A DNA stretch of 51,087 bases, from positions 72,203,122 to 72,254,208 of the forward strand of contig NC_068983.1 in NCBI RefSeq assembly GCF_001194135.2, in the 5' to 3' direction. This DNA is from Octopus bimaculoides (lineage: Eukaryota). Shown here piece after piece: positions 48,331 through 51,087 of this stretch. Each line of letters opens with the position of its first letter. Position 1 is the first letter of the stretch. The position numbers were made by a program, and so were the translations under genes. The notes beneath the pieces were generated by a model, which saw nothing but the letters and a program-made list of their open reading frames with translations, was not told the origin of the DNA and made no database searches.

Positions 48331-48757
48331 CTACAACATAGCATTTAAGTCAGAGCAGCTAAGTTGAATCAATGAATTCAGTACAGTTAGAGGATAAATT
48401 CATAGTCAGTTTCACTTATGATTACATGAATACAGTTGATGCAGTTTTCAGTTACCTTTTAGCATAACCATTCATTTATTACTGATTAAATATAAAAAAT
48501 CTATTCTCTTAGCAATTGCATTGCCCTTACTTTACAGCTTTTAGTGGTTGATAGACAAGAGCTGTAAATGCTGTCTTTTTTATATATAATCCAATTTCAC
48601 TGCATATTAGAATGGGAAATTTAAATTTAACAACTAGCAATCAGATAAGTTTGTGTCCACTAGAAGAGATGAATTCTGACATTTTAGACAGGAACCTTTC
48701 CTTGAAATGCTAGAATTTAACTCTCTTCACAGTGCAAAACTTATTTTTTATTCCTTT

Positions 48758-48915
48758 ACTTGTTTCAGTCACTGAATTATAGCCATGTTGAGGCACTACT
48801 TTAAGGGGTTTAGTTGATTAAATCACCCCTAGTACTTATTTTTAAGTTTGGTACTCATTCTATTTTCCATTTTATTTTAGTTACAGAGATGCAAACAAAC
48901 CATTACCAGTTGCAA
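48758..48915 (-). mobile_element. Interspersed repeat family C
   Basis: tttacttgtttcagtcactgaattatagccatgttgaggcactactttaagggg is homologous to 38762. Confidence 0.7.
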
Positions 48916-48946
48916 GCAAGGAAACACACACACACACACACACACA

Positions 48947-49341
48947 TATGGCTGTTCCAAATGGAACTACATTACTACCATTTTTTTTTTACCCCAGGAG
49001 GACATCTCCTCCAGCTGGTTAACAACACAACCTGTGTCCGATATATTACAAGCCGGAGAGCGAACCCTTACAATCTAGTGGTGACAAAACCAGGAGACCA
49101 GTCTGGTTCCAGGGTATTTCCCATTGTCAGTACTGGGCACCTGTCAGCTAGATATGTCAATTGTTTATCCTAGCTTGCAATATATAGAAAAATAAGCAAC
49201 ATTCAGCCACTGATTTTGCAACAAGCAAAGTAGCTAGTTCTAAAATTTCTATAAGAGGTTATGCCATTAACCAGCTGGAAGAGATGTCTTCTTGAGGTTA
49301 AAAAAAATGGTAGTAACATAGTTTCGTACAGAACAGCCATG
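48947..49341. mobile_element. MITE with imperfect TIRs of about 75 nt (395 nt)
   Basis: Left atggctgttccaaatggaactacattactaccattttttttttaccccaggaggacatctcctccagctggttaa versus reverse complement of the right end atggctgttctgtacgaaactatgttactaccattttttttaacctcaagaagacatctcttccagctggttaa. Possible TA/TG ends. Confidence 0.82.
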
Positions 49342-49405
49342 TTGAAGTGGCAACAAACATTACTTTTCAGTATTGCTACAACTTAGAACTAGCTAATTTG
49401 TTTGA

Positions 49406-49439
<34 letters not shown>

Positions 49440-49442
<3 letters not shown>

Positions 49443-49585
49443 AAAATCACTCACAAGGAGTGACTTTGGTATAGTTGACTTGGGGCTAGAGTAGAAAACA
49501 CTTGCCCAGATTCTGAAGAGTTGGACTGAACTCAAAACTATATGACTGCGAGGTGAAATTCTTAATCACACACCAACCATGCCTA
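49440..49585 (-). mobile_element. SINE family A, decayed
   Basis: ggggctagagtagaaaacacttgcccag...ggactgaactc...ttcttaatcacac. Confidence 0.6.
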
Positions 49586-50716
49586 CACCTGTATCTCTTT
49601 CTCTCTTTTCCTCTCTCTTCTTTTCACAATGCAAATTATCATTTGTTTCCTCAGACTATTTTTTGTTACCATTTTCCATTGAATTGGTTCATTGTCTTTG
49701 ACTTGACAATTCCCCTTGTTAATTGATTTCAGATTCTATTGATTCTGTTTATTAAAGTTTGCATGTTGCATCACTTTTTAAAACTATTTTTTATCAATGG
49801 CCTTTTGTTAATGAATGACTGAACTTCAAAGAATTGCCTTTTAGAAGTTCACTTTATCTGTTATTACTTTATATACTATAAATAGCGATGCCATTTATGG
49901 GGCATTGCAATGTAAATCACCCATGTTGAAACTTAAAATTCTATACTTGAAATTTCTTAATCTCCTAATTTTAGTTTTTTGAGAAACTAAACATACGAGG
50001 TATATCCAATATGCAATCCCTTCCAGAATGTTATATAACCAGCAGATATATCTGACCCAATACTAAACAAAAAAAAAATAATAATAACAGTTTTCTACAC
50101 ATATGTGGTCAGTATTTTAATGTATATATTACTATACACTTCTGTTATAGTTATCAATATCTTTAATAAATTGTGCAGCTACATATTTTTGTGTGTGTAG
50201 ACATACGTCTATTGCATTTCATCTACATGTAATCGATGCCTCTTTCTCATTTTCTTTTAGTGGGGTAGGATATTCATTTTTGTTACTTTCTTTGAGAAGC
50301 CAAATTCATTTTTCAAATATCATATCTTCAAAAATCAAAACAAAGGAATTACTTTTCTTAGAAATTAATTGTATATAAAATATTGGAATTTCCTATCTTT
50401 AGTAAATTCTGTAATACCAGCATGAACACACATAATCAATAAAGAAAAACAAACTGAACAAAGCTGTGACAAGTAATTTTTTGACAATTACATACACTGG
50501 ATGAAGGAACAGATGAAAGGTGTATACAACAATACAATTTCATATAAAAGTCTACTAGATAAAACTTGTCTTGAATATTTTCATTCATATACAGGTTATT
50601 GCAATGAAATCACACCCAAGCACAAGTTTCAGTCAATACATAGACCTCAATATTTAGATATAAAATGTAAGAAGATATATCTATCATTACATATACCGAT
50701 GGTGATAAATTTTATA

Positions 50717-50875
50717 TCTTAATATATAAATCTGAAGTTGTGTGTTTGTGTGAAGCCTTTTTGAATGTTTATAGAAATCCACATTTTCCACTTTTTCGTA
50801 AAAAATTTTACATCAATGGAATTTTCTCGATCTGAACTTTCCAGTGCAGCAATTAGATTTTTAAAATTCCGTTTA
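50717..50875 (+). mobile_element. Possible Helitron-type 5' end
   Basis: A|TCTTAATATATAAATCTGAAG followed by a gtgtgtttgtgtg microsatellite, the layout of Lep1/DINE-like Helitron 5' termini. No 3' hairpin-CTAG seen. Confidence 0.35.
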
Positions 50876-51087
50876 CTTTGTGTGATTTAAGGGAGATTTG
50901 GCTGTTGTTTCTAGCAACTTTTATATTTCATCCCTTCTACCTGGAACGCCATTCTTACACACGCGCTCAACATAAAAATATAGAGAGTAAGAGTAAAAGA
51001 GGGAGAGAGAGAGAGAGAGAGTGATAATACAACGTCATAGATTAAACTTTCATCTCAGTGTTCTTTACCTATTTTTCATAACATAGA

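Overview
Eukaryotic, AT-rich genomic DNA dense in microsatellites and SINEs, with four N gaps. The SINE/LINE repertoire and (CA)n/(TA)n/(GA)n load point to an octopod cephalopod, probably a short-read Octopus assembly (inference from recalled repeat families, not a database hit). The only host gene I can support is TULP4 (Tubby-like 4/TUSP) on the minus strand. Two internal WD40-region coding exons (9771-9942 and 1705-1818) have canonical GT-AG sites and join in frame. I found no upstream TULP4 exons in 9943-51087, so most of the window is probably one very long intron. It is filled with tRNA-derived SINEs, RTE and R4/Dong LINE fragments, a hAT MITE with TSD, foldback/TIR MITEs and a 1.8-kb Helitron with both termini. 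I did not find a confidently novel gene system. The most unusual structure is inside the Helitron: an array of microsatellite-filled modules bounded by an inverted ACCCCATCAA motif, next to a PIF1 helicase remnant. The many inverted repeats could also form intronic dsRNA. Almost all ORFs in the supplied track are artefacts of microsatellites, N gaps or repeats.
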